Assembly (NCBI GenBank): GCA_963721455.1
Contig: CAVRJG010000052.1
Span: 1-64,000 of the forward strand
Direction: 5' to 3'
Origin: an uncultured Methanosarcinaceae archaeon
GTDB taxonomy: Archaea > Halobacteriota > Methanosarcinia > Methanosarcinales > Methanosarcinaceae
DNA: 64,000 bases
How positions within the stretch are numbered: the first letter of the stretch is position 1; each line of letters opens with the position of its first letter. This document shows, piece by piece, positions 53,389 to 63,956 of this stretch. The translations under genes were made by a program, and so were the position numbers. The notes under the pieces are model-generated. The model searched no databases. It was given only the letters and a program-made list of their open reading frames with translations, and was not told the origin of the DNA.

Positions 53389-53417
53389 TTGAATTCCTCA
53401 AACTAATTCAGATAATA

Positions 53418-55487
53418 TTAACCAGCCGCGTTTTCGGGTCCTTCTTTTGAGTTACCAAGCCTGAACTTTTCCGTAGCCTTTCTCATCTTTTCCCCGAGCA
53501 AAGAAAGATCACTGGCCATATTGGCAAGTTCTGACATTGAAGCACTCTGCTCTTCGAGAGCTGCAGCAGTTTCCTGGGTTCCTGCGGCGGATTGTTCTGA
53601 GATTGAGGAAATGTCTTCTAAGGTGGAAGTAATCTCTTCTATTGATGCGGACTGTTCCTCTGTAGCGGCTGCAACATCCTCTATCATATTCGTGATTTCA
53701 CTAATTGTGGAAACAATCCCTGTAACCATTTCAACCGCGTCGTTAACGGATAATGTGCCAATCTGCACGTCTTTTTTACTTGCTTCTATGCTTTCCACGG
53801 TGTCACTGATACTGTTTCTGATCTCATCGATTAACTTCGATATGTCCTTGGCAGCACGGCCTGATTCCTCGGCAAGTTTGCGGACTTCATCGGCTACAAC
53901 AGAGAAACCTCTGCCGTGTTCTCCCGCCCGTGCAGCCTCAATTGCAGCATTCAGCGCAAGCATATTTGTCTGATCCGCAACCCTGGTAATAAGAGTGACA
54001 ATCTCATTGATTTGTTGAGACTTGGAGTCCAGGTCCCTGATTACTTCCTCAGTTCCATCAACCGAGGAACGAATAAGGTCCATCTTTAACAGGACCTCTC
54101 TTGAAGCATTTCCGATATTCCCAACAGTATGATTGACAAGATTCGTGTTTTTAGAGACTTTCTGAGTATTATCCGCAATTTCCTGGATATTATGGGTCAT
54201 ATCCTGCATTGCATGAGTTATATCCACTATCTTTGTACTCTGAATTTCTGTTCCATTTGAGATTTCGGCTGCAGTATCAGAAATTTTCTTTGAAGCTGAA
54301 GCCACTTCCTCAGAAGAAGCAGACATTTCTTCCGAAAGTGTGGAAAGGTGAAGCGAACTTTCCTGAATTTCTTTAATTAAGCTGTGAAGGTTCTTAACCA
54401 TTGATTTAAAAGCTTCTGAGAGTTGAGAGATTTCACTCCTCGAACGTCCTTTAATCTCAACACCAAGGTCTCCTTCAGATATTCTGTCGGCCGCTTCAAG
54501 CAACTCATAGATGGGTTTTCTGTAGACTTTAAGAATCACAAAAACGAGTAAAGCTCCGATAAGAATCGAAAGAAAAGTAACCAGACGAATCTTGTTTATA
54601 GAACCAACGATCAGGGAGTTAAGCTTTTCTTTCTGATCAGCACTGGCAGCTTCAGCGACTTCTCCAACCTGTGCCGCTATAGTCGCCATATTATTCACTT
54701 CAACCGCTTTTGTCTCCTTAAGAACTTTCAGACGATCAAAATCTGTCTGGATCTCTTTAGCATTGGCAATTATTGTATTTCCGCGCTCAATATTTTCAGG
54801 TCTTACCAGCTGTTCATCCAGATTCTCAGTAGCTTTAATTATATCCCCCATACGCTGGTCAAATTTTTCAGCAGATTGATTTTCGAGAGTGATTATATAG
54901 TTCTGGTATTCATTCCGGGCATCCATTGCAAGTATGCTGATTTTCTGGGCTTCCTGCGCATTGGATAATTTTAGCTGAAGGACTTCACTTGAAGAACTGT
55001 TTTCTACATACTGTTGATATTGGATCATCTGATCTTCATACATCTCATTGGCTTTCTGCAGTATAATTTCGCCATTGGAGACGATGTCTGCTCTCAGAGC
55101 TATTTCTTCGTCATTTGTTTCAACATAGCTGTCAAAAGTTTCCCTAAAATTGCCGGAAGTTGCCAGAATAGAATCCATACGGCCCTGATTTACAGGATCA
55201 AGGTAATCAAGATATATTTCTTTGGATATGGCTGCCTGTGTGGGCACAAGGTCAAGATGGTTATAAACTTTTTCCTTGTAAATGGGGTCACCATGAATAA
55301 CATAACTTTCTTCCGCTTCCAGGGCTCCCTGCATATTGTTCATGATAAAGGTCATGTTTTGAATGGCTCGGCTCTTCTTTTCAACATCGTTCATGCCCTG
55401 ATAGCCTGTGTACCCGACAAAGCAGATCAAAACCAGAAGAAGAGCAAAGCCTATCACTACATGCCCTATTTTTGTGTTTTTATACAT
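53418..55487 (-). CDS. Methyl-accepting chemotaxis protein (2 TM, large extracellular domain, HAMP)
   Basis: [37 protein letters not shown]. Confidence 0.95.
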   Translation of the reverse strand: MYKNTKIGHVVIGFALLLVLICFVGYTGYQGMNDVEKKSRAIQNMTFIMNNMQGALEAEESYVIHGDPIYKEKVYNHLDLVPTQAAISKEIYLDYLDPVNQGRMDSILATSGNFRETFDSYVETNDEEIALRADIVSNGEIILQKANEMYEDQMIQYQQYVENSSSSEVLQLKLSNAQEAQKISILAMDARNEYQNYIITLENQSAEKFDQRMGDIIKATENLDEQLVRPENIERGNTIIANAKEIQTDFDRLKVLKETKAVEVNNMATIAAQVGEVAEAASADQKEKLNSLIVGSINKIRLVTFLSILIGALLVFVILKVYRKPIYELLEAADRISEGDLGVEIKGRSRSEISQLSEAFKSMVKNLHSLIKEIQESSLHLSTLSEEMSASSEEVASASKKISDTAAEISNGTEIQSTKIVDITHAMQDMTHNIQEIADNTQKVSKNTNLVNHTVGNIGNASREVLLKMDLIRSSVDGTEEVIRDLDSKSQQINEIVTLITRVADQTNMLALNAAIEAARAGEHGRGFSVVADEVRKLAEESGRAAKDISKLIDEIRNSISDTVESIEASKKDVQIGTLSVNDAVEMVTGIVSTISEITNMIEDVAAATEEQSASIEEITSTLEDISSISEQSAAGTQETAAALEEQSASMSELANMASDLSLLGEKMRKATEKFRLGNSKEGPENAAG

Positions 55488-55651
55488 CTTTCCCACCTGT
55501 GCCTCCAACTCCTCCGCCTCTATACCTTTTCTATCGGCAATTGAGCTATTAACCTGTCAGCGGCACCTGCTGAGGAAGGGTAGAAGGGCGGAAATGCCTC
55601 TATAAGAAATTGTCTGATTTTCCCAACTAATTACCAAACAGATTGTTGTTT

Positions 55652-56032
55652 TCAATGAAGAGAGTTTGTCATTGTAAGAAACTCTTCGACATGTGACCCG
55701 AAATTGCCAAAGTTTATGGGTTTGGCAAGAACAGCGCAACATCCGGCTTTAAGGAACTGCTCTTTACTTTCGGGATCACAGTGTCCTGTGACTGCAACTA
55801 CTCTTATGTTCCGGGTTTCAGGATTGAGTCTTATTCTTCGAAGCAGTTCAAGGCCGTGCATCTTCGGAAGCTCCATATCAAGCAACACCAGATCAATCTT
55901 CGTTCCATTGAGAATTTCGAGAGCTTCAAAACCATTTTTTGCCTTTTTCGGCTCATATCCAAAGGACTTCAGCAAGTCTGCTTCGATCACCAGATTAAGT
56001 AAATTATCTTCAACAATCAGGATTTCAGACAC
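55652..56032 (-). CDS. Single-domain response regulator
   Basis: ILIVEDN, LLDMELP..HG, AVTG, KP. Confidence 0.9.
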   Translation of the reverse strand: MSEILIVEDNLLNLVIEADLLKSFGYEPKKAKNGFEALEILNGTKIDLVLLDMELPKMHGLELLRRIRLNPETRNIRVVAVTGHCDPESKEQFLKAGCCAVLAKPINFGNFGSHVEEFLTMTNSLH

Positions 56033-57308
56033 TTAAATCAACTCCCGGGGGTTGCTTGAAGATTTATGTAAATAATGTTCTGCCACAGAGGTAATTGAAC
56101 AGCGAATCTACCCTGGGAAATGTGAAACCGGAAAATATGAAGTAAATTCCTTTCATTTATATATTAAATGCATGCACTTCCAGACCTACAAATTACACCG
56201 AGGTTAATTTCGCAATTTACTAAGTAATGTATAAAGTACGAGGAATATAAACTTATTTGCTAACTACATATGCCATATTTTTAATATACAAATAGCGATA
56301 AAAATAATTTATTTAGACTTAAGTATTATTTCAGGGGAAAAGATTCAAAAGAATGATTTCAGGGAAAAAGATTCAAAAGAATGTCAAATTAAGTTTAAAA
56401 CAAATACCATTAACATTCTTATTTTTGAAAACAAATGCCATTAATATTTTTATATTAACCTTAGTTAGACAGTATAAATTCCATTTAGTTAGAAACCTCA
56501 TTTTTCGTCAAAAATCATTTGACAGAATACAAAAATTATATCAAACTTACCTCTGATTTGCTGGTTTTTCAGCCCCAAAGCCTCTAAAAAATGAAGGAGT
56601 GAAGATTTTTTGTTCCATTTTAGCCTTTTTGGCATATAATTTTTTGTACAGTATCTATATTTTGTCCGTTATCTATACGATCTGTCAAATTCAATACCAA
56701 AAATTTGATTAAAAATTAAGAAAATAACCATCAAGAGAAAGAGAATCATCTGTCAAATAGAATCATAAAAAATGGGTCAAAAATTTGTTGACCATAATAT
56801 TACTTCTTCATTCCTATCAGATATGAAAACATTCTTCCTCATTCCTATCAGATATGAAAACATTCTTCCAACAAAAAAATCAAACTGTCAAATTCGCGTA
56901 TTAAATCTACAGATCAAATCCGAATACGGTTAAAGAATGAGAAAGGACCTGCAACTTTTGCAAATAGTTTGTTAACGTCCCAATTACCCCATCCTCTGGA
57001 CAATTTAAAACTCTATAATTTGCTAAAGATAATTAAAAAAGTTTAATATAGCAGGTCTTGTATATATTTTTCTACACAATTGGGACAGAACCGTCTTAAC
57101 AAGAAAACTTGCGTTGGTTGGATTTGTTAACCTTCAGCAACTTTTCAATTGAAGTCCTTTGATTCATAGCATTGATTTATGAAGAATAAGCAGGCAAGAG
57201 GCGAGATTCGGCACAGATAGGAGTAAGGTGTCGGAACATTCCAAAAAATAGGAGTGTGAAATATTATCTGATATCGTCGCTTGTTCAAGAGTAAAAGAAG
57301 GGAAATGC

Positions 57309-57674
57309 ATGGCCAGAGTTATGATCGTGGACGATGCCGAATTCATGCGAATGATAATTAGAGACATTCTTTTAATGCATGGACATGAAGTGGTCGCTGA
57401 GGTCGGTGATGGGGAAGAGGCAATTCAAACGTATCTGGAAGTAAAGCCTGATCTTGTGTTAATGGATATAATTATGCCGGATATGGATGGAAAAGAGGCA
57501 TTGAAAAAACTTCTTGTTATGGACCCGGAGGCAAAAGTAGTAATGTGCTCTTCCCTTGGGCAGCAGGCCCTGATAACAGAGTCAATGAAAATAGGCGCTA
57601 TGGGTTTTATAGTAAAACCTTTTGAATCTGATGGGATGCTGGATGTAATAAGGAAAATCGCTGAACCAAATTAG
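57309..57674 (+). CDS. cheY: Chemotaxis response regulator CheY (ends in TAG)
   Basis: VMIVDDAEFMR, DIIMPDMDG, MCSSLGQ, FIVKPF. Confidence 0.93.
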   Translation: MARVMIVDDAEFMRMIIRDILLMHGHEVVAEVGDGEEAIQTYLEVKPDLVLMDIIMPDMDGKEALKKLLVMDPEAKVVMCSSLGQQALITESMKIGAMGFIVKPFESDGMLDVIRKIAEPN

Positions 57675-57695
57675 ACCGCTTTGTGCCTGCTATTA

Positions 57696-57890
57696 AATCA
57701 AACAGATATTAATCAAACAGATATTAATCAAACAGATATTAATCAAACAGATATTAATCAAACAGATATTAATCAAACAGATATTAATCAAACAGATATT
57801 AATCAAACTGATATTGATCAAACTGATATTGATCAAACTGATATTGATCAAACGGATGTTGATCAAACAGATGTTGATCAAACAGATATT
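57696..57890 (+). repeat. 15-bp tandem repeat x13 (RATCAAACNGATRTT), in frame with cheY
   Basis: 195 bp = 13 units, translating (N/D)QTD(I/V). Confidence 0.92.
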
Positions 57891-57983
57891 ATAGTCAACA
57901 CAGGAAATATTTACAAATATAAACAAGCGTAATAACCGTAAATTACACTCTAAAAGTGCAGTTAATTGTTTAGTTGACTATAT

Positions 57984-58079
57984 TCAAATTATTAAATCAA
58001 ATTATTAAATCAAATTATTAAATCAAATTATTAAATCAAATTATTAAATCAAATTATTAAATCAAATTATTAAATCAAA
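57984..58079. repeat. 13-bp tandem repeat (TCAAATTATTAAA) x7
   Basis: Direct reading. Confidence 0.9.
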
Positions 58080-58107
58080 CTCTATATCTAACGAAAAAGT
58101 GCTTGAG

Positions 58108-59193
58108 ATGACTATCCGCGCACTCATAGTAGACGATTCTGCTCTAATCCGTAAGCTCCTTTCCGATATTCTTAGTGAAGACCCGGATATCAGGGTCATA
58201 GGAACTGCAGTTAATGGAAGAGACGGTCTCGAAAAAATAGAGAAACTAAGGCCTGATGTCGTTCTTCTAGACAATGTTATGCCTGTTCTTGACGGTCTTA
58301 AGACTCTTGCCCGGATTATGAAGGAGTATCCGGTCCCTGTAGTAATAGTTTCAGCCTTTGGGGAGAAGGCTGAAGAGATTACACTTACAGCCTTTGAATA
58401 TGGAGCAGTGGATGTAATCCAGAAACCCGACGGAATTCTCAGCCAGAGCATGCCAGACATGGCAGAAGAAATTTGCAGAAAAGTCAGGGCAGCTGCAAAA
58501 GCCAACCTTGAAAACCTGGAATGCATGCGAAATCGCGAACTGGAAAAGCTGGAAATAAATGAAAAGAAAGAAAGAAAAGAAGAAAGAAAGTCCCTGAAAA
58601 AAACGGTTTCCGTGAGAAACATTCTTGCAATAGGCGCATCCACCGGAGGCCCAAGAGCCCTGGAGAAACTTATAAGTTCATTTCCTGCAGACATCCCTGC
58701 TGCCGTCCTGGTGGTACAGCACATGCCTGCAGGTTTTACAGCATCTCTTTCTAAAAGGCTTGATTCTAAATCGGCTCTCAGGGTAAAAGAGGCGCAGGAA
58801 GGGGATACGGTAGAGGAAGGAACTGTACTCGTGGCCCCTGGAAACTATCATATGGAAATCATAAAGAAGATCGTAGACTGTCGTAAAAAAGAGGTAGTGC
58901 ACCTGTCCTGCAGCCCGAAAGAGCTTGGATCAAGGCCGTCAGTAAATGCCCTTTTCAGGTCTATTGCCCCGATTTACGGCCCCAAAGTCATTTCCCTGAT
59001 CCTGACGGGGATGAACTGCGATGGTGCGGATGGGGCTGAAGAAATCAAAAAAATGGGAGGGAAAGTAATTGCTGAAGCCCGAAGCTCATGTGTAATTTAC
59101 GGGATGCCGGGAGAAATTGTGAGGCGAAAGCTGGCAGATTTTGTGCTTCCTCTGGATGAAATGGCCGACGAAATTATAAAAATAATAGGCTGA
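58108..59193 (+). CDS. cheB: Chemotaxis methylesterase CheB
   Basis: Receiver domain plus IGASTGGP, VQHMP, RPSV, LTGM..DGA. Confidence 0.94.
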   Translation: MTIRALIVDDSALIRKLLSDILSEDPDIRVIGTAVNGRDGLEKIEKLRPDVVLLDNVMPVLDGLKTLARIMKEYPVPVVIVSAFGEKAEEITLTAFEYGAVDVIQKPDGILSQSMPDMAEEICRKVRAAAKANLENLECMRNRELEKLEINEKKERKEERKSLKKTVSVRNILAIGASTGGPRALEKLISSFPADIPAAVLVVQHMPAGFTASLSKRLDSKSALRVKEAQEGDTVEEGTVLVAPGNYHMEIIKKIVDCRKKEVVHLSCSPKELGSRPSVNALFRSIAPIYGPKVISLILTGMNCDGADGAEEIKKMGGKVIAEARSSCVIYGMPGEIVRRKLADFVLPLDEMADEIIKIIG

Positions 59194-59329
59194 CTTTTCG
59201 AACTAAAAAACTGTCTAATTTCTAAAGGTTAATTCTTCGTACCGGATTTCTGTATTGAAAAATCATTCGAAAAAGGAAAAATACAAGAAAAAGGAAAAAT
59301 ACGAACTTTCACACAGGCAGGGAAAAATT

Positions 59330-61261
59330 ATGGATATGTCAAAATATATGGGCATTTTCAGGGCAGAGTCTGAAAAATACATCAAAGAGATGAGCGATTC
59401 CCTGCTGGCGCTTGAGAAAGATCCTGAAAATACGGAACAAATGAATACGATATTTCGTGCAGCCCATACATTCAAAGGCATGGCTGCAACGATGGGATTC
59501 AAAGAAATTGTCGAATTAACGCATGAAATGGAAAGCCTGATAGACAGGCTGCGCACACGGCAACTTATACTGAATTCGTCTTTAATTGACATTCTTTTCA
59601 TATGTGTGGATGCCCTTGAGGGGCTTGTAGAAAATGCCTGCGAGGATCAGGGAAATGGATCTGAAAAAAGAAAAAAAGACACCGGTAATACATACAAATC
59701 TTATCCTGATACCCGCGAGGTGCTGAGAACCTTAAAGGCTGTGGATAAGCTTCCAAAAAAAGCCTGCATTCGAAAAGATGAAGATATACCCCTGTCTGTA
59801 AAGATAAAAGAAAGTGAAATAGAAGAAAGTGAAGAAAAAAGCCGCGAAATAGAAGAAAGTGAAATAAAAGACGGTGAAGAAAAAGGCTGTGAAACAGAAG
59901 ATAGAGAAATAAAAAACGGTGAAGAAAAAGGCTGTGAAACAGAAGATAGAGAAATAAAAGACGGTGAAGAAAAAGGATGTGAAATAAAAGACAGTGAAGA
60001 CAGAAAAGTTTCAGAAATTGAAGAAACCCGTACAGATAAAAGAATTTCAAAAGGAATTTATCAAGCAGAAACAGAAGGAAAAACCCCCGCGTCTCCAAAA
60101 TCGGATCTTAAAATAAAAACTATTCAGAGTTCAAGAATCAGCACAGAAAAGCTCGATAAATTGATGAATCTTGTGGGCGAGCTCGTGATTAACAGAAGCA
60201 GGATAAACGAGCTTACAGGCAACCTGAAATCTAAGGAACTGGAACTTGCACTTTCTGAGTTCTACAAGCTAACAAGAGAACTCCAGGATGAGGTAATAGA
60301 GGCAAGGATGGTGCCTCTGGATCATATAACCTATATTTATCCCAGAATGGTAAGAGACCTTGCACGAGCGCAAAATAAAGAAATCGATTTTATAATCAAA
60401 GGGAAAGAAATCAAGCTCGACAGAACCATCCTTGAAGAAATCGGGGATTCCCTGGTGCACCTGTTAAGAAATGCAGTTGACCACGGAATCGAAGTCCCGG
60501 AAAGGCGTGAGGAACTTGGGAAAAAAAAGGCTGGCACGATACTGATTACAGCTTCAAGGCAGGAAAACTTTGCCCTTATCAAAATCGAAGATGATGGACG
60601 CGGAATAGACACAGAAGAAATCCGGAAAGTTGCATTAAAAACAGGAATTCTCTCAAGAGAGAGGGCGGAACAGCTTCAGGAAAGGGAAGCAATGCAGTTG
60701 ATTTTTACTCCCGGATTCAGTACTTCCAGCAGCGTTACCGATATCTCCGGAAGGGGAATTGGGATGGATGTTGTAAAATATAAAATCGAACGCCTTGGGG
60801 GGTCAGTAAATGTCGAGTCGAAACCCGGTTTTGGTTCCAGATTCGAATTGAAACTGCCTCTAACCATTGCTGTTTATCAGGCTATGCTAATCAGAGTCGG
60901 AAAGGAAAAATATGCAATTCCCTTCACAAGTATAATAAAAAATATCGAAATCAGCACACGAGAAGTCAGGCATATCAAAGGAGAAGAAGCTATTATAATA
61001 AATAATAAAATTATCCCGCTTCTGAGATTGCAGAGGTTGTTCCAGCTGCCTGTTCAGGAAGAAAAAAACATTTTCATAGTCATTGTTGAAAAATTTGGGC
61101 AATCCATTGGAATAGTTGTGGATGAATTGCTTGGAAAACAGGAAGTAATTGTAAAAAGCTTTAAAAGTAGGCTTATCGAGACTACCAGAGGATTTGCAGG
61201 AGCTACAATTCTGGGTGACGGAAACGTTGTTTTAATAATCGATGTTAACTCCCTGATTTGA
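59330..61261 (+). CDS. cheA: Chemotaxis histidine kinase CheA
   Basis: FRAAHTFKG (HPt), HLLRNAVDHGIE, DDGRG, GFST, SGRGIGMDVV, C-terminal CheW domain. Confidence 0.95.
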   Translation: MDMSKYMGIFRAESEKYIKEMSDSLLALEKDPENTEQMNTIFRAAHTFKGMAATMGFKEIVELTHEMESLIDRLRTRQLILNSSLIDILFICVDALEGLVENACEDQGNGSEKRKKDTGNTYKSYPDTREVLRTLKAVDKLPKKACIRKDEDIPLSVKIKESEIEESEEKSREIEESEIKDGEEKGCETEDREIKNGEEKGCETEDREIKDGEEKGCEIKDSEDRKVSEIEETRTDKRISKGIYQAETEGKTPASPKSDLKIKTIQSSRISTEKLDKLMNLVGELVINRSRINELTGNLKSKELELALSEFYKLTRELQDEVIEARMVPLDHITYIYPRMVRDLARAQNKEIDFIIKGKEIKLDRTILEEIGDSLVHLLRNAVDHGIEVPERREELGKKKAGTILITASRQENFALIKIEDDGRGIDTEEIRKVALKTGILSRERAEQLQEREAMQLIFTPGFSTSSSVTDISGRGIGMDVVKYKIERLGGSVNVESKPGFGSRFELKLPLTIAVYQAMLIRVGKEKYAIPFTSIIKNIEISTREVRHIKGEEAIIINNKIIPLLRLQRLFQLPVQEEKNIFIVIVEKFGQSIGIVVDELLGKQEVIVKSFKSRLIETTRGFAGATILGDGNVVLIIDVNSLI

Positions 61262-61297
61262 TGCCATGTAAAATTGAGAAGAGCCGCAGGTGAAGAA

Positions 61298-62215
61298 ATG
61301 AGGGACGATCCCGTTAAAAAAGCAAGTGATAAAGAAATAAAGGCAGGTAGAAACCTGGAGGAAGACCCAGGTTTTGAGCTGTTAAAGAAAATCGTTACTG
61401 AAAACACTGGCTTTAACTGTGAATACTACAAAGAGGCTCATTTCAGGCGCAGGATTAACGTACGCGTAAGAGCTACCAATTCCGAGAGTTATGGAGCGTA
61501 CCTGAAGCTTTTGAAAAAAGATCCGCGGGAATATGGATATCTGGTTGAGACGCTTACTGTAAACGTCAGTGAATTTTTCCGAAATGCCGAAACCTTCAGG
61601 ATAATCGAAAAGGAGATTATTCCTTCTATTGTTAAACACAGATCAGAATCACTGATACGATCAATCCGAATCTGGAGTGCAGGTTGTGCAGCAGGAGAAG
61701 AAGCCTATTCCCTTGCTATCCTGCTGCACAGGGTTCTGAAAACGGATTTTAATAAGTACAGGATAAGAATAATAGGTACGGATATTGATGCTCAGAGCCT
61801 TGAAAAAGCCAGAAAGGGGATCTATAGTGAAAATTCGCTTAAAAATGTTGATGCGGGTACTAAGGAACAATATTTCTTGAAGCAGGGAGAAGTATATCAG
61901 GTAATCGACCAGTTGAGGAATATAACGCATTTCAAGCACCACGATCTGATATCAGGCCCTAAAATAAATCATTTTGATATTATTATCTGTCGAAATGCAA
62001 TGATATACTTTAAAAAGGAAATTCAGGAACAACTACAGTTTAATTTTTATCAAGCCCTGGAAAAAGGAGGTTTTTTTGTAATCGGAAAGGCAGAAACACT
62101 GCTTGGGACTGCATCCGGCCTTTTTAAGCCTTACAATACAAGAGAGCGCCTGTACATAAAAGAAACTTCAAGGGACATTTATGGAAGAGATCAAGAACCT
62201 CATGGACTTAAGTGA
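61298..62215 (+). CDS. cheR: Chemotaxis methyltransferase CheR
   Basis: TVNVSEFFRN, IWSAGCAAGEEAYS, GTDID, CRNAMIYF. Confidence 0.94.
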   Translation: MRDDPVKKASDKEIKAGRNLEEDPGFELLKKIVTENTGFNCEYYKEAHFRRRINVRVRATNSESYGAYLKLLKKDPREYGYLVETLTVNVSEFFRNAETFRIIEKEIIPSIVKHRSESLIRSIRIWSAGCAAGEEAYSLAILLHRVLKTDFNKYRIRIIGTDIDAQSLEKARKGIYSENSLKNVDAGTKEQYFLKQGEVYQVIDQLRNITHFKHHDLISGPKINHFDIIICRNAMIYFKKEIQEQLQFNFYQALEKGGFFVIGKAETLLGTASGLFKPYNTRERLYIKETSRDIYGRDQEPHGLK

Positions 62216-62819
62216 ATACGAATATGGGGCCCTGAAAGAGCTTGGAAATATCGGGATAGGGAATTCGGCAACTTCCCTCTATAATCTAACAAATAGCCTT
62301 GTCTGCACACGGGTTCTGGATGCGAAATTTGAGATAATTGAAGACATACCGAAAATAGCAGGTGTTTCGGAATCCCCAGTTCGGGGGGCACTCATGCACA
62401 TTGAAGGAGATCTGAACGGGTATATATTAATCTTCTTTCCCGAAAAAAGTGTAAGGAGCCTCTCCCTGATCCTTTCAGGTGAAGAAGGCGGAAAAGATCT
62501 GACTGACGCCATGAGCCACTCTTTAATGGAAGAAGTCAGCCATATCCTGGCAAGGACTTATGTAACTGCCCTTGCAAAATTTATGGACCTCAATATTTTG
62601 GTCTCAACGCCTTATACGGTTTATGACATGTTCGGCTCTATCCTGAACTCCGTACTCGCGGAAATGAGTTGTGAAACTGATTTTGCTCTCATACTCGATG
62701 CGGAGTTTCTGATAAAAGAAGAGAAAGTTTACGGAAACGTCTTGACTTTATTAGATCCTGCTTCCCTGGATTGCCTCTTAAAAAAGATTAACGAAATGCT
62801 TCGCCAAAAACCTGATTAG
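62181..62819 (+). CDS. cheC: Chemotaxis phosphatase CheC
   Basis: ALKELGNIG.GNSAT and SLMEEVSHIL (second ExxN motif is degenerate). Confidence 0.88.
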   Translation: MEEIKNLMDLSEYEYGALKELGNIGIGNSATSLYNLTNSLVCTRVLDAKFEIIEDIPKIAGVSESPVRGALMHIEGDLNGYILIFFPEKSVRSLSLILSGEEGGKDLTDAMSHSLMEEVSHILARTYVTALAKFMDLNILVSTPYTVYDMFGSILNSVLAEMSCETDFALILDAEFLIKEEKVYGNVLTLLDPASLDCLLKKINEMLRQKPD

Positions 62820-62986
62820 CCGAGTATCTGACTTATAATAAATTATCCATGAAAACATATTAAGAAATATATTTCCTCAGAAATCTGGCTTTTGTACCCG
62901 ATTCAAATAGAACTCAGCAGGCTAAGGACAAACTCAAAATCATTTTCAGGTCAGGGAGATTTCTAAATCAGGGAGGCTTTTTCAAA

Positions 62987-63466
62987 GTGGCCGATTCAGG
63001 CATAGTTATAGTGGGCATAGGAGATTGCGGACTAGCCAGAAGTCCGGTGAAAATTAAGACCTTCGGATTGGGCTCATGTGTAGGTATAACACTCTATGAC
63101 CGGCATGAGAAAATCGGCGGGCTTGTCCATGCGATGCTTCCGACTATAAATTACGCACGGATAAAAGATAATCCCCTGAAATTTACAGATTCCGGGATAG
63201 AGTATCTCGTAGAGGAGATCGTAAGAAAGGGCTCTTCCAGAAAAAAGCTTGAAGCGAAACTTGTAGGAGGAGCCCATATGTTTGAAAACCGGCACATGAA
63301 TATAGGTGAAAGAAATGTAAAATGGGCCAGAGATACCCTGAAAAGGCTTGAAATACCAGTCGTAGCTGAGGATACCGGCAAAAATTACGGGCGCACGATT
63401 ATCCTTGATACCTCTACTGGCGACCTCCTCGTAAGAACTATTCTGAGAGGAGATAAAGTAATCTGA
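62987..63466 (+). CDS. cheD: Chemoreceptor glutamine deamidase CheD
   Basis: GLGSCVG, HAMLP, AKLVGGA.MF, IGERN, EDTG...GRT. Confidence 0.93.
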   Translation: MADSGIVIVGIGDCGLARSPVKIKTFGLGSCVGITLYDRHEKIGGLVHAMLPTINYARIKDNPLKFTDSGIEYLVEEIVRKGSSRKKLEAKLVGGAHMFENRHMNIGERNVKWARDTLKRLEIPVVAEDTGKNYGRTIILDTSTGDLLVRTILRGDKVI

Positions 63467-63780
63467 AAGGGAATAAACCTGCTTTTACCTCTTTACCGGT
63501 TTAGCTATTATTAAGCTCCTATTGAGAGACATTCTGGAGTCTATTGAGCAGCTAATTTTTAGTTCTTCAACTTTTCTCTGAAAAATTATATATTTGATAT
63601 AAATATTATAATTGACATTATTAACCCCATTAATAAAGCAGAAAAAATAGAAGTAGCATAAAACTTTAAGTGTATGTCTGAGATTAAGTAACACTTTGAG
63701 TAAGTACTATATTCTATGTTGTTCTGTAAGGTATCTGGAAGGTTCTGAAAGATTATAGAGGACTGAAAAAGCAGAAACGA

Positions 63781-63921
63781 TCAAGCCTGACTATTCGTAA
63801 ACAAATCATAAGGAAAGGTCAAACCTGACTATTCGTAAACTAATCATAAGGAAAGGTCAAACCTGACTATTCGTAAACTAATCATAAGGAAAGGTCAAGC
63901 CTGACTATTCGTAAACTAATC
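63781..63921. repeat. 38-bp tandem repeat ~3.7 copies upstream of ftr
   Basis: TCAARCCTGACTATTCGTAAACWAATCATAAGGAAAGG at 63781, 63819, 63857 and 63895 (partial). Confidence 0.9.
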
Positions 63922-63956
63922 GCAAGATAACAATAATAAGCAAATGAGGGATTTTT

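Noticed and set aside
57693-57926. Antisense (LINIC)n ORF, and 57681-57932 as an independent gene
   Set aside because: The antisense ORF is a by-product of the 15-bp repeat. The plus-strand TTG has no SD and is considered only as a cheY readthrough extension.
62817-62831. cheC also ends in TAG
   Set aside because: Readthrough adds only three residues before TGA, so there is no meaningful extension.
63781-63921. 38-bp repeats as a CRISPR array
   Set aside because: Units are head-to-tail with no unique spacers, and there are no cas genes in the window.
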